A DNA stretch of 64,000 nucleotides from Thalia democratica (taxonomy: Eukaryota), in the NCBI GenBank assembly GCA_965202585.1, contig OZ241831.1:60822001-60886000 (forward strand). Reading direction: 5' to 3'. Each line of letters opens with the position of its first letter. The first letter of the stretch is position 1. The notes below the pieces were generated by a model, which made no database searches, was not told where the DNA came from, and saw nothing but the letters and a program-made list of their open reading frames with translations. A program made the position numbers and the translations under genes. Positions 25,511 to 38,500 of this stretch are shown here, in pieces.

Positions 25511-26797
25511 AAGAATTCTTAAAATATGTAAACTTTGGCATAATTAAAATATAAAAAAAAACAATTATATACTGATCTGATAAAAATAATAATGGTTAGT
25601 CTGAATTTGAAAACCCAATACATAAAGTAATAGTTTTCTGTACAAATAATTCTAATCTAACACCTTAATAGGAAAAATAAATTTACTCTTTACCAGTAAT
25701 AAGCTATTTATCTAACTAAAAAAGTAAAGTTTAGTCAGACTTAGCATATAAGTTGTAAAATAACCTAGAAGTAAAAAATAACTAACAATAAAAAGTATTT
25801 ACTTAAAACATGATTTACTTATATAAATAGTTCACTTAGTTTAATAAAATACAACCCAAACTATTTAATATGAAATCTTTAAATTAAAAATCAATTAAAA
25901 AAGAATATACTAAAGTAACTGTAAAAACAATATTTTATTGTAACTATATTTAACTAACTGGCATCTTGTTTTTTTTTTATGTAACTTATTTTTAAATTAT
26001 TAAACAAAATTAATAAACTTCAGCTAAGTTCCCGCATGAAAAACAAGTTTATGTTATGTAGAATAGATATTAAAGCTTTATTCAATTTATTTAAACTGTA
26101 TATTTTGTTAATTTAATTAATGTAAGTATGGACACTATTATGTAATCAGTGCATTTAACAAATTCTATCTTGAGAGTTTCTAGATTTTTATCGGTAAATC
26201 GCCACACAGTTTTTTGAGCATTACATTTTAAGTGAAACAAACAAATGTTTATTCAGTATTCATATTTTTTTTAATTGTGGCAACTCTGTCAAACAGTTTT
26301 GAGTTTAAGTATTTTCAATATAAATAAAAGTAAACACTTTAATTCTATCAAAGATAATAAAAACCTTTCACTGGTATGATAACAAGTATTAAATACTCAA
26401 ACCTGTTTTTGTATAGATTATGCACACCTAACATCATTAAGAACTTTAATAGCCATTAAGCTAACTGTTTGCTACTAAACTAAGAAACATGATTTTAAAA
26501 GGAAACGAAAATTTTTTTAAAGTATAAATTAGCTGTTTGAATAAGAACTTAGTTATAACTTAACTGAACATTTCTAATACAGTCAAACGTTGTTTTATAA
26601 CAGAATTCTTTAAAATAAAATATTTGTACCTTTTTCAACCAAAGTTGAGAATTATAGTTATGATACTTAAAACCAAAAGTATACAACAATAAGTTAATCA
26701 AGCTGCATGTGCGAAAAAATTTCAAATTGCATTATGACGTAACAGACTACGCTTTTAACAATAAAATATATACGCTGATATTAGTTTTCGATAGACT

Positions 26798-26870
26798 GGC
26801 CGCGTGGCCCAATGGATAAGGCGTCCGGCTACGAACCGGAAGATTGTGGGTTCGAGTCCCATCGTGGTCA
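26798..26870 (+). tRNA. tRNA-Arg(ACG)
   Basis: Exact mirror of 19966-20038; TATATA at -31. Confidence 0.95.
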
Positions 26871-28791
26871 TTCTTTTTAATTAGTTAACATTTTACTAAT
26901 AATTAACTATTTCAGTTAAAACGATCGGAATTTGTTGACGGGTGGGCGGAATTTGAAATGAACGGAATAAAAAGACGTCATAAAAGAGAATACTTGGGCA
27001 ATGATGAGCACATTGCAGTTAGTATATGTAAATATAGTTACATAAAATATGTATTTATTAACATATATTTTTTGGTCTTGTTTTATATAAATAACACAAT
27101 TAATGCTTATAACAACGTCATAAGAGATAATACTTGGGCAATGATGAGTATATTGCAGTTAGTTTGCTTGTCAGTATATACATATAGTTTAATCTTTATT
27201 GTTTAACATTTTATTAATATAAACAGAGGAGCGAGTTTTCGAAAGATGGAAAAGCTGTCAAAGAAACTGAAGACTATAGAAGAGTTTAAAGTTATAAAAA
27301 ACCATAACATGCTTATTTTCTAAATACTTTATTGGTTTAATTTTGCAGTATTTACTATTTACTAAATTAAATTTTCATTTTAAATGAAAATTTCGACCTC
27401 TTTCATTTTATCATAAACTGTTTAATCTTAATGTTTAATTGATTCTTTTTTAGAAATCAATCTGTTTTTTTATTGTGTGGTTTTACATTCTTATTTTTAT
27501 CAATAAATATGCATGATTTAATTAATATCTTAAAGTTTACAATCTATAATTTCTTTTTTGTTTATTAGGTTATTATTTTGATTATTACTTTTTATACTTA
27601 ACTTACAATTAAATACAATTACTTTTTATTTTGAAATTAAGCAGCCATATTAAACTCAATTTTTTTACTTGTACAACAATTAGTTTAACAGTTATTAGCT
27701 TTATTCAATTTAGGTAAACTACTGTTTCTTTAAATCTTAGAAAGTTCGTAATAAAGCTAAAACAAAGTCAAAGCTATGAAATAGTTTACAGTTTAAATCA
27801 TAGGCACTTGTTTGTGTTTTAGAATGAAATGGCAAAGTTTGCATTTTAACTAAATGATACTCACTTTGCTTTACTTCAAAATTTTTCTTTCAAAATGAGT
27901 CTACAATTAAACATCAATAGAACAAAATAAATCATAAAAGTTCTAAAGTAATAAAATCACTTTTTAATAATTAAAACACAATTTTGTTGCATTGAAAAGA
28001 ATTTTGAAGCCTGTAAGAATCATGAATAATACAACCTAGTCCAAAATATTATTAAATAACTATAATAAAAAGTATAATTATTGTTTTTAATTAAGTTTCG
28101 TTGTCAAAAACTTAGAAAACTTTGAAAAAACAAATTCATTGAATATCAAATTTATGTGTTTGATAAATTACCACTGTCTAAATTCCTAGATCTGTTTTTA
28201 AAAAAAAGGATAGCTTTCAGTTCTTTAGCTATTAACAATGTATGATTTTTCTTGTTAAACTCTATTTGAAAACATTATTATAAAGTAAGTTATCTACTTC
28301 ATTTTTAAAGCTTATCTAGTAAGTAGTTTTACAACTAGATACTTAAACAATTTGAAACTTAAAATAACTGATTATATCTTTAGTTTTATTTGCATGTAAA
28401 GTTATTCTTATACAGTAGATGTAGATTTGAGAATTTAAATCATATGTTAATTAATAAACTAAATAAAACTTTTGTCTTAATTTTATTAATTTACTAAGTT
28501 TATATTGTTGTAATCTTATATACTTTTAGATTGAATATTTTGGCTTTCATAAGATAAATGTTTTATTAAGTAAATTTTAAAGGCTAGATGGTCTATAACT
28601 TGGTGTACATTTACAAACATGATACTTTACACATCACAAAAGTTTTTTAATTTCCAATTTTCTATATATTTTTTTATGTTTCTTTAATAAAAATACAGAT
28701 CAATAAAAAAATATATAATTAGGTTTAAACGCTTTTAAAAGAAAACTTTGGACTTAAAAGACTTTGGAGTTTAAAGAAAAAACACAAAAAA

Positions 28792-28863
28792 CTGCCCGTC
28801 GGGGAATCGAACCCCGGTCGCCCGCGTGACAGGCGGGAATACTCACCACTATACTAACGAGGA
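28792..28863 (-). tRNA. tRNA-Asp(GTC), acceptor-stem mismatch
   Basis: TCCTCGT...ACGGGCAG (C2-C71 mismatch); 8 nt downstream of tRNA-Ile. Confidence 0.88.
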
Positions 28864-28871
28864 TTAACATG

Positions 28872-28945
28872 TGGCCAGTACGGGGATCGAACCCGCGACA
28901 TTCGCGTTATTAGCACGACGCTCTAACCAACTGAGCTAACCGGCC
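28872..28945 (-). tRNA. tRNA-Ile(AAT)
   Basis: Mirror of 17903-17976 with GAGCGTCG; loop CT-AAT-AA. Confidence 0.94.
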
Positions 28946-29950
28946 ACACGTCTAACGGCTAAACTTATACTATATAAAGTTAATTGCTCCTTTTTAGCGC
29001 TGCTGTTGTCAATAGCACTTCATATTAAATACTTTATTGAAGCTTTGCAAATTATACTTCTATGCACTAAGCAGTTTTGGGTTACAGTTTTAGCGATAAA
29101 AAATTAAATGAATACTTTTTTCCTGTCCTCATTTTATGAACTCACACTTAACAACTTAGATATAATAAATAAAATAATGTACTAGATGTAAATATATGTC
29201 TGTCTTAATATTTCAAACTTTCTATAAAAATCGGTAAGTTATACTTCAAAGTTGGCAATGTTTTGATAATATTAGATTATAGTCCATAAAACTAATAATA
29301 AAGACAAATTTTTTTTTTACAAAAATTACATTTAACAATTTGGTTTACTGGTAGTTTCATAAAACTAATTTTAATTTTAGCTGATAATGCATATGCTTAA
29401 CAGTTTTTATTTGCAAATTGTTGTAACCTTAGTTTGTCGTTTTGAACTATTTAGTTTTGTTTATATTTAAAAAAAACTTATTTAACTAGATTTTAACTTT
29501 TATAATTTTTTTCATTATTTAGAACAATAAAATATTTTTAGTAGTTTAAAACTGTTTAGTACTTTTTGCTAGTTTTAAATCTAGTTTGTTAATTTTTTGT
29601 ATGCCTTATTGTCCGTACTTTTTTTTTATTTTTTAGAATATTAAACATTACTGAAAATCTCTTATAGGGTAATTTATTACTTTAAATTATTTGTATTTAA
29701 TTCATTGAATGTGAGTTGAAAACTTTAATTGTTACACTTAAAACAAAAGTATACAAAAATCTTCGTTGATATTCAAAAGAAGCTTTTAATAACTTACATA
29801 ATTTAAAGTAGTTGTATAAAGCACCTTTAGTTTTCTATTCGAAAACTTTTGTTAAAGTAGATAGTAATATTAAAACTTGATTGGTCAATACAAACCTTAT
29901 TTGACTTTTAAGAACAAAACTTGATAATTAAAATCACTATAAAAAGGGCG

Positions 29951-30023
29951 CATCTCCGCCGGGACTCGAACCCGGAACCTCTGGATTAGAAGTCCAGCGC
30001 GCTATCCATTGCGCTACGGAGAC
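29951..30023 (-). tRNA. tRNA-Arg(TCT)
   Basis: Exact mirror of 16833-16905. Confidence 0.97.
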
Positions 30024-32273
30024 ACTTGGAGGGGCACCAAATAGTAAATATTTATACCAAAAAAAGTAGAATAGTCTTTATTGCGGGTTAACGCGTTAGA
30101 GCTGTTCAAAACTTTTGTGTTGTTTTTTAAATGCAATGTTTTTGGATTGAAAAACCGTTTTTATGATTTAAGTTTTTGTAAAATGTGCAATTTTGAATAC
30201 TTTTAATGGCATTAATCATATAAATTTTTGATAAATTTAAATTTGTTTAGTTCTTTGTCATTTTTACTTGTTATAAAAATAAGCATCAGTAAATTTTTGC
30301 TTAACTTGGTTTTAAAATTTTTCTGCTAAAGCGTTTTTATCATCTAAAATCAAGTATTATTTCTAATTCAATAATTTATTGTAAATTTATTTTACTTATC
30401 TTTGTTTGAAACTGTAGTTTATCTATTATTGAACCAATGTTGATACGCTTTTAAATTTACTTTCCTAAAACTAACCTTGACCCCTGATATATAACAACAA
30501 AAGTTTAATTATAACATATGGCAACATTAGCTTAGTTGGGCGGAGAGGTAAACACACAAGCTCTCAATGAGTAAATGTAATAAAAAAACTTTACTGCTTA
30601 AAAAGGAAAAACAGATACAATTTTATAAACAATTGTGTTACATGTCCATTAAATAGATATAAAATCTTTACTAAAAATTATATTGGTACTAATTTACATT
30701 TTAAGTTAAAACAAACACTTAAATGTTGTGTAGCTTATGTCCAAAAAGTATATCTCAACACCAATCCCTTGACCATAGTTGTGACCACATTTTTGTATTT
30801 CTTCAATTCTTTATAAATAAAACGTTAAACAAATAGTGTTGTACTTACCTGTTCTAATTAGTAATGTTAATTACTAGTTATTACTAAACTTGTAATGCTA
30901 AGTAATGCTACTGGAGTATTAAGTAAGTTGTTGACAACTTTTCAACTTTCTAGTATACTCACAATCTTTTTGTAGTAAATATCATGTATAGATTACTGAA
31001 TAAATTGTTCCAAAATACAATAATTCTTAAAGGGTATATTTTGATTAGTGGTTAACACATTGATGACTATTTTTTCAATGAATAATAAATAGGAACATAT
31101 TAGCAAGTTGATCAAAGAATACCAAAAGTATTGTATTTATAATGAATATAAAAATTCTGACTTTGCTAAAATAATGATTGATACTTGCTTGATTTTTGAA
31201 ATAAATTGTAAGGTAATAGCTTATCTTTATATGTATTAACCTGAAAGAAACTAAGCTGCATTTCAATTTATAACTTTGTTTGGGCACAGAAAATTTGTAG
31301 GTTGTCAAACATTTTTTTTATTTAAATTAACATTGGATCTTATATGAAAGCTTGAAGTATAAACCACAGGCCAGTTTTTATATAATTAGAAAATCTTATT
31401 TAACTTTTAAGATATTGTAATTTTTATAAAAGTTTTTAGATACAAACTTATGGACTGCAAATTTTTCAAGGTAAATTTTCTCAGAAATAAAAAAAACACT
31501 AATATCTATTATCTCCTCCATTTTTGAGCTTAAGACCTCAAACTTTCAGGAAACTTTCCTTTTATAATTTAAAAGACTTTAAATGTTGGAATTTTAAAAA
31601 TATAAATTTTAGATCAAAAAAAAAAAAAGGTGGTTTGTTTTTAATAAAAAATTTAATTTAAAAAATTAAAAAAATTCCTGCATTTAATCTTTTAAAATTT
31701 AATAATACATTTTCTTTCAAAATTTGAAGAAGATTGCTTAAAAAATGAAGGAGGAGATAGATTTTATTGGTAATTAACTATGAGATGTAGTCATGTATGT
31801 AAAAAGTTTCCAATACAAAGGTATGGATCGACTGTATTTTTTAAAATGCAATTTCCTTGAAAAAAATTACTTTTTTGTTTTTCAACATAAACACCAAATG
31901 TTTAGACAACATTATTTTAAATGTTTGAAATCTATGTAGTGTTACAATTTTTATGTATTTAGAAAAAATAAATAAAAGCAGAATTAAAGGTGATGTAGAA
32001 AATTCTAATTTTTAGTTTGAAGGCATAGGGGGATGGTAAAGCACTTTTTTCACGATTTGATCTTATTTTATAAAGTTTTTGCTTAGCTACAAAATGCTTT
32101 TAACAGATTTAAAAAATTCAAAATAATTTTGAAGATATAGCAGTCAAAGTCAGAGGCAACAATAGGAATCTTATGGGAGATGCAAAACTTTCAAAAAAAA
32201 CAAAAAACATGATAGATTATCATTATGATAAAATACTTTTTTTGCTTTCATAAGGTACTTATTGAACTCTTTA

Positions 32274-33158
32274 CAGGGTTCGTGTACGTCAGGCTAAATC
32301 AGTTTTTCTGAAAAAAGTTGAAAAACGTCAGGCTAAATCAGTTTTTTTATTTAAAAATTTGAGAATCTCAGTTTTTCTCAGTTCAAATGCTTGAAAATTT
32401 TGATTAAAAAAATTGAGAAATCTTTTTAAGATCAAATTGAAATGTGAATTTATTTCTAAATAAAGATTTTGTTATTAAAGACAAAATTAGTCAGTATTTG
32501 TAATAATAAATGCTGAAAACCTAATGTTGAATCTCTAATTTTTTTTTTATAATCTTCATTATTTTGTTTTGAGTAGATTATATACGTCATAATTATGAAA
32601 ATTAAAAAAAAACAGTTTAAACATTACAGTTTAGTACAACAACTTAGTTGTTTGTTTAAATTTGTTTACATCAGCTATGTTCTTCAGAGCTTAGTTGGTT
32701 TAACTGTTTTAATTTCTAATTTAAAGGCTTTATACCAAATACTTTTAGATTAAAACTTTTAGTAGTTTATTCATACATTTACTGTTTGTTTTAAGTTATT
32801 AGAGGTATTCGCAACACTAAAACTTAGCTTTAAGATATAAGTACTAAGTTTTGTGGGAGTACAAATTTTAGGTACAATTCATTTTTCACCTTTTTGTTGG
32901 TTGTCAATCACCTTTTTCATAATATAGTCTTATTTTATTCAGTTGTAACTAAGCTATAAGTTGCTTTTTGCAGAATTTTAAAGCTGAAAATATTTTTGAG
33001 ATAAAGCTGGTTGAAGTCAGAGACTACAATAGTACTAATCAAGACCTCCCCAATACCCAAATTGACTTCTAAAAGGGGATTTTCCTTACTTTGAAAAAAT
33101 GTCAGGCTAAACTAGTCTCAGTCAGGCTAAATAAAAAAAATTTTGCGCACGAACCCTG
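32274..33158. mobile_element. hAT-like MITE (mirror of 13672-14556)
   Basis: Perfect TIRs CAGGGTTCGTG and CACGAACCCTG, flanked by TCTTTA on both sides. Confidence 0.75.
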
Positions 33159-34817
33159 TCTTTAGCTTTGATCCCTTGTATCCAAATACTATGAATATTG
33201 TTAAGGGGTAAAAAGCTTGCGATAGATAATATAGAAAATTACAATTTATGATCAACTTGCAGTAACCTTCCTTAATCAAACAGAAAAATAAATAAATTAG
33301 ACCCCCTATGACCTTAGTTGTTGAACTGGCAGGTAGATTAAGACATGTTGTAACTTAAAGTTTATAAAATATTTTTTGTGCAGAGTGAAGCTAGTGTAAA
33401 AGTTGCCATCAGTTAAATGGTTTATCACTTATGAGCAAGTGATGTTTAACTTGAAAAGGTGTAAAAAACATTTTTGAAAAACAATTCATAAAAAAATATG
33501 TTCTAAACAAGTTTAAAAAAGTATTGCAGTTTTTTACAAGATGACAAGTACACATATTTTTGTGCAAATTAAAAATACTATAAGCAAATTAAAAAAAGGT
33601 GTAACATGTTAAATCGGAAGCACATAAAAAATATAAATAAGCTTAAATTTATACAATCCCAACTATAAAGTAAATTTGTATTTCATGTATCTTTTTGAGC
33701 AATCTAAAGTAAATTTGTAAGCTTTAATAAGTAAATATGCTTAGTTTTCTAGTTTTTTAACAACATAGCATAAAAAAGTATTTTAGTTTATAACTTTTTT
33801 AAGAAACAAATTTGCTTAAATTATTTTAATTTAAGTCTATTAAGATTTAAAACATAATAAATTAATTATGTTATGGAAACTCCTACAAATATAAAAACTT
33901 CAAATAGTTTTCAAAAGATCTGATAAGTAAGTTTAAGCATTTTAGTGTGTCATATTGAATATTAAGTATCTAAAACCTAAGTAACATAATTGTATTTTAA
34001 ATATATACTATTTGTTGTAAAAAGTCCTTTTAAAGTTAATTTTAACAACCTGTTCATAAAATAGTTACTTATATAGCTTCTTAGTTTAAAAAAAAGTTTT
34101 TGGTATAAAAATTTTTGTGCATGGAAAAGAATTTAAATGTTTATATTGTATAATTTTCATATTTAAAAGGCTTTTTATCTTCAAAATATAGAATTATCTA
34201 TACACAATTTTTATTAAAATGTTTAGACTTGACATATAAAGTATTTTATTAAAATTTTCAAATGAGTTGCAAAATTGTTAATTTAAAGCATCAATTTAAA
34301 TTACATAGTAAGTTTTTAAAAATTTAAGTGATATGTTTCTGTTGCACAATAATATTACAACATTTACTATCTGTTTTTGTCATAACATGTCTTTTTGAAA
34401 TTATTAGCCATATCTAAAATTACTTTCTTATGCAAATTGCATTTTGAAGTTAACAACTTTATTACCTTGATACTTAATTAATCAAAAAAAAGTATACTGT
34501 GCTTAATTTATTATTCACTTGTCATTTTTGAAATAAAGTACAACATACATTTGCAGTCATTTTTTTTTTAAATTTTAATTTAAAGATAATAACTTAAAAA
34601 CTATATATTAGATTTATACATTATAAGTTAAGTTTTTAATATTTGCAAACAAAATTATTAACAACATAGCCTATCCTAGTATAAGTACAGCTGTTCAAAC
34701 AAGTTTAAAACATTTAATATAGTTGTGTGAAGGCCAAAGGCAAGTTTATTTTAACATTAACTGTATGCTACCAATGCAGTATGCTTTATATATGCATACT
34801 ATTTGCTTCTATCACAA

Positions 34818-34936
34818 GTCAGGATGGCCGAGTGGTCTAAGGCGCCAGACTCAAGCGTAATAATGCTTCATTGCCATGCAATGCCGAGTGTTCTGGTCCA
34901 CAATTGTGGGCGTGGGTTCGAATCCCACTTCTGACA
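34818..34936 (+). tRNA. tRNA-Leu(CAA) with ~35-nt intron
   Basis: Mirror of 11903-12021; differences are confined to the intron; TATATA at -31. Confidence 0.95.
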
Positions 34937-35559
34937 CATTTTTTATGTACTTTTCTAGTGTTTTTAGTAGTACCTTTAACAAGTTTAAACTTTAAAAATT
35001 GTATTTTGTACCTTTAAAGTTTTTACTTTATTTTTATAGAAAAATTTATAATTATTTAAACTTAAATTTATGAAGTGCATTGTTTTAAAATTAATTACAA
35101 GTTGAAATACATAAAAAATATTAAAATACTTAATTTAACTGTAAACTTAACAGCTTTTAAGTTTTAAACACTCCAACATCTAATTAATAAATTATATATG
35201 TTAGCATTTTTAAGCATATATTAGTGAAATTATCATGTAAAATCAATTTAATAAACAATTTTAATGACAAATATTTACAAATTTGCAAAGACTGCTTATT
35301 TTGTTTGTTTAGAATTACACAAGTTTAGCTGTTGAAAAATCAAATGCTTACTTATAAATGGATATACAGTGTATTTATTTAATTAAAAACATAGCAAAAT
35401 TTAAATGTTTTTATATAAATAGTTAATATATATAAATAGTTAAAAAACTCAAAATGTTGTTTAAATAAAAACTTCATTGTAAACCATAATTTTGTTAAGT
35501 GCAACTGTTAATATTTTGCCACTTCACAGAACTAGCAAATAAAAAATTAACTTTTAAAA

Positions 35560-38500
35560 ATGGACTGCGAACTGAAGTGCAATTTGAGAGAGTGTGGCAA
35601 GCCGCTGTCAAGCGGTCATGCTTGGGTGACTTGCTGCTCACACATTTTCTGCAATGAGCATGGCAACAAGTTTTTAGGTGAGAAAATAGAATTGCTACTA
35701 CTTACTACACATGTGTGCTTTGCAGCATGAATTAAATTGCGCTTTTTTTGAATGATTTTTAATTTGGTAGTATTTTTTGTTTAGGTTTTGTTTTAGAAAA
35801 GCTATATTTTTGATGGCTTTGTGCTCTCCATTGTATACACATTTTTAAGGTGAACTATTTTAAAGTTGGGTATATTCTTAGTTGATAATCAAACTGTTTT
35901 TAAATTAAATAAATCTAATGTTACTTCAACAATTTTAGTGTTTGGAATCTATATTTTAGATTAAGAATTGGTTTTTCATCTAAATGTTCTGTATAAAGCT
36001 TATTTAAAAAAAGTATTATAACTTTTTGTTGGTGAAAAGCCTACCCTTTAAAAATAAGTATTACATATTGAAAAACTATTTGTTTAATTTTGGCTAAAGC
36101 ATGACAGTAAAAAAGATATGCAAAACACTGTTGTTTTACATTGTTTTGAAGTACCTTAATTTTGTCTAGTTATTTACCTGCATACTTAGCTATACAAATA
36201 TTTGCCTAAATCTGATGTCTTTTGTTTTTAGAAGTATAATCTTATCACCAAGTAATTTAAAATTTTTGTATTTGGCTTTATTTCCACCACCAAATATTTT
36301 AAACTAGCTTTGTAAGTTTTAATATACCTTATATATTAAAAAAAATCTTATATTCATTGTAAGCTTGCTTTTGTTACATCTTATTTTAATCGTAATACTT
36401 TTATACTACACACATGTTGCTTTTTCTAGTGTTCGATTACCTATTTAATTATTGAAACCTACATTTTTATGAAATTTCTCATAACTTAACTGTACAACAG
36501 CACATAGTTGTAGTGTATAGTTTTGTACCACATATATAAAGTATTTAACTATAATTTTTACAATCAAACAGTACAACAGCACAAGTGTCCAGTGTGTGGC
36601 CACATAATGAAGGGGGAGGAATACGAGTTTGTCCGTGTCAACCTCAACCCAAGTGAAGGGTACAAGACCATGTCCTTGGTGGGCCACAAACCAGATGTTA
36701 TCATGGACATTTGTACCAGGGCCATGAACTTTTGGATATTTCAGACCACCCAAGACTCACTGTATAAGGTTTGTTGTTTTAAAAATATATAAATTAATAT
36801 TAATTAATAATTTAATTAAATAAAATTTAATGAAAAATCACTTAATCATGTGTTAAATGTTTATGTTAAATTTTTTGAATTTCAGAGTATCAATTTTATT
36901 AATATTTATTTTAATTTGAATTAAGTTTCAAATATGATTATATTTTAAATAATGATAAAATAATTAATTGGTTAAAAAATCTAAAATATAAACAAAGTTT
37001 GTCTTAAACATATAAATCATCCGTATATATGAAGTATTAATTGTTTTTAACACATCCAACTATAAGTATTAAAGAAAAAATAAACTAAATCAAGTCTCAA
37101 AAAAAATTTTTGGTCTACACAATTCAAAGAATTTTTTTAAGGTTGAAAACTACTGTTATATATTATTTAAAAAAGCTTAATTGACAACAATTCCCACCAA
37201 ACAGTTACTGGCAAAAGGTGAGTGAAAATAAAATTGTTTTCACTTATTTCAATTACACAATAATATTTTTATAATAACTACTTTTATGTATGATATATAC
37301 GTTTCAAAGCCTGTTTATTTTCGTTTTTTGTTTATGATATTTACTGTTTCATTCATGCAGTTACTGGCATCAGTGGGTGAGAAGAACAGGGAACTTCAAA
37401 AGCTGAAGATGAACTTCACAACGCAGAAGATGAGGAACAAACTCCACAGCAGGCAAGTGAGTCCTCACATGAAGCTCCACAGCAGGCAAGTTAGTCCTCA
37501 CATGAAGCTCCACAGCAGGCAAGTTAGTCCACACATGAAGCTCCACAGCAGGCAAGTGAGTCCTCACATGAAACTCCACAGCAGGCAAGTTAGTCCTCAC
37601 ATGAAACTCCACAGTAGGCAAGTGAGTCCTCACATGAAACTTCACAGCAGGCAAGTGAGTCCTCACATGAAACTTCACAGCAGGCAAGTTAGTCCTCACA
37701 TGAAACTCCACAGCAGGCAAGTGAGTCCTCACATGAAACTCCACAGCAGGCAAGTTAGTCCTCACATGAAACTCCACAGCAGGCAAGTTAGTCCGCACAT
37801 GAAACTCCACAGTAGGCAAGTGAGTCCGCACATGAAACTTCACAGTAGGCAAGTGAGTCCTCACATGAAACTCCACAGTAGGCAAGTGAGTCCGCACATG
37901 AAACTCCACAGCAGGCAAGTTAGTCCGCACATGAAACTCCACAGCAGGCAAGTTAGTCCGAACATGAAACTTCACAGCAGGCAAGTTAGTCCGCACATGA
38001 AACTTCACAGCAGGCAAGTTAGTCCGCACATGAAACTTCACAGCAGGCAAGTTAGTCCGAACATGAAACTCCACAGCAGGCAAGTTAGTCCGCACATGAA
38101 ACTTCACAGCAGGCAAGTTAGTCCGCACATGAAACTTCACAGTAGGCAAGTTAGTCCGAACATGAAACTCCACAGCAGGCAAGTTAGTCCGCACATGAAA
38201 CTCCACAGCAGGCAAGTGAGTCCGCACATGAAACTCCACAGCAGGCAAGTGAGTCCGCACATGAAGCTCCACAGTAGGCAAGTTAGTCCGCACATGAAAC
38301 TCCACAGCAGGCAAGTTAGTCCGCACATGAAACTCCACAGCAGGCAAGTTAGTCCGCACATGAAACTCCACAGCAGGCAAGTTAGTCCGCACATGAAACT
38401 CCACAGCAGGCAAGTGAGTCCTCACATGAAACTTCACAGCAGGCAAGTGAGTCCTCACATGAAACTCCACAGCAGGCAAGTTAGTCCGCACATGAAACTC

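Noticed and set aside
26995-27165. ATGATGA box C motifs suggesting C/D snoRNAs
   Set aside because: No CTGA box D or terminal stem at a suitable distance in either repeat.
1134-31308. Other short AT-rich ORFs in the track (1134, 1731, 6143, 9177, 11679, 15506, 22257, 31075)
   Set aside because: They overlap MITEs, tRNA genes or introns, have biased low-complexity composition and show no recognisable domains.
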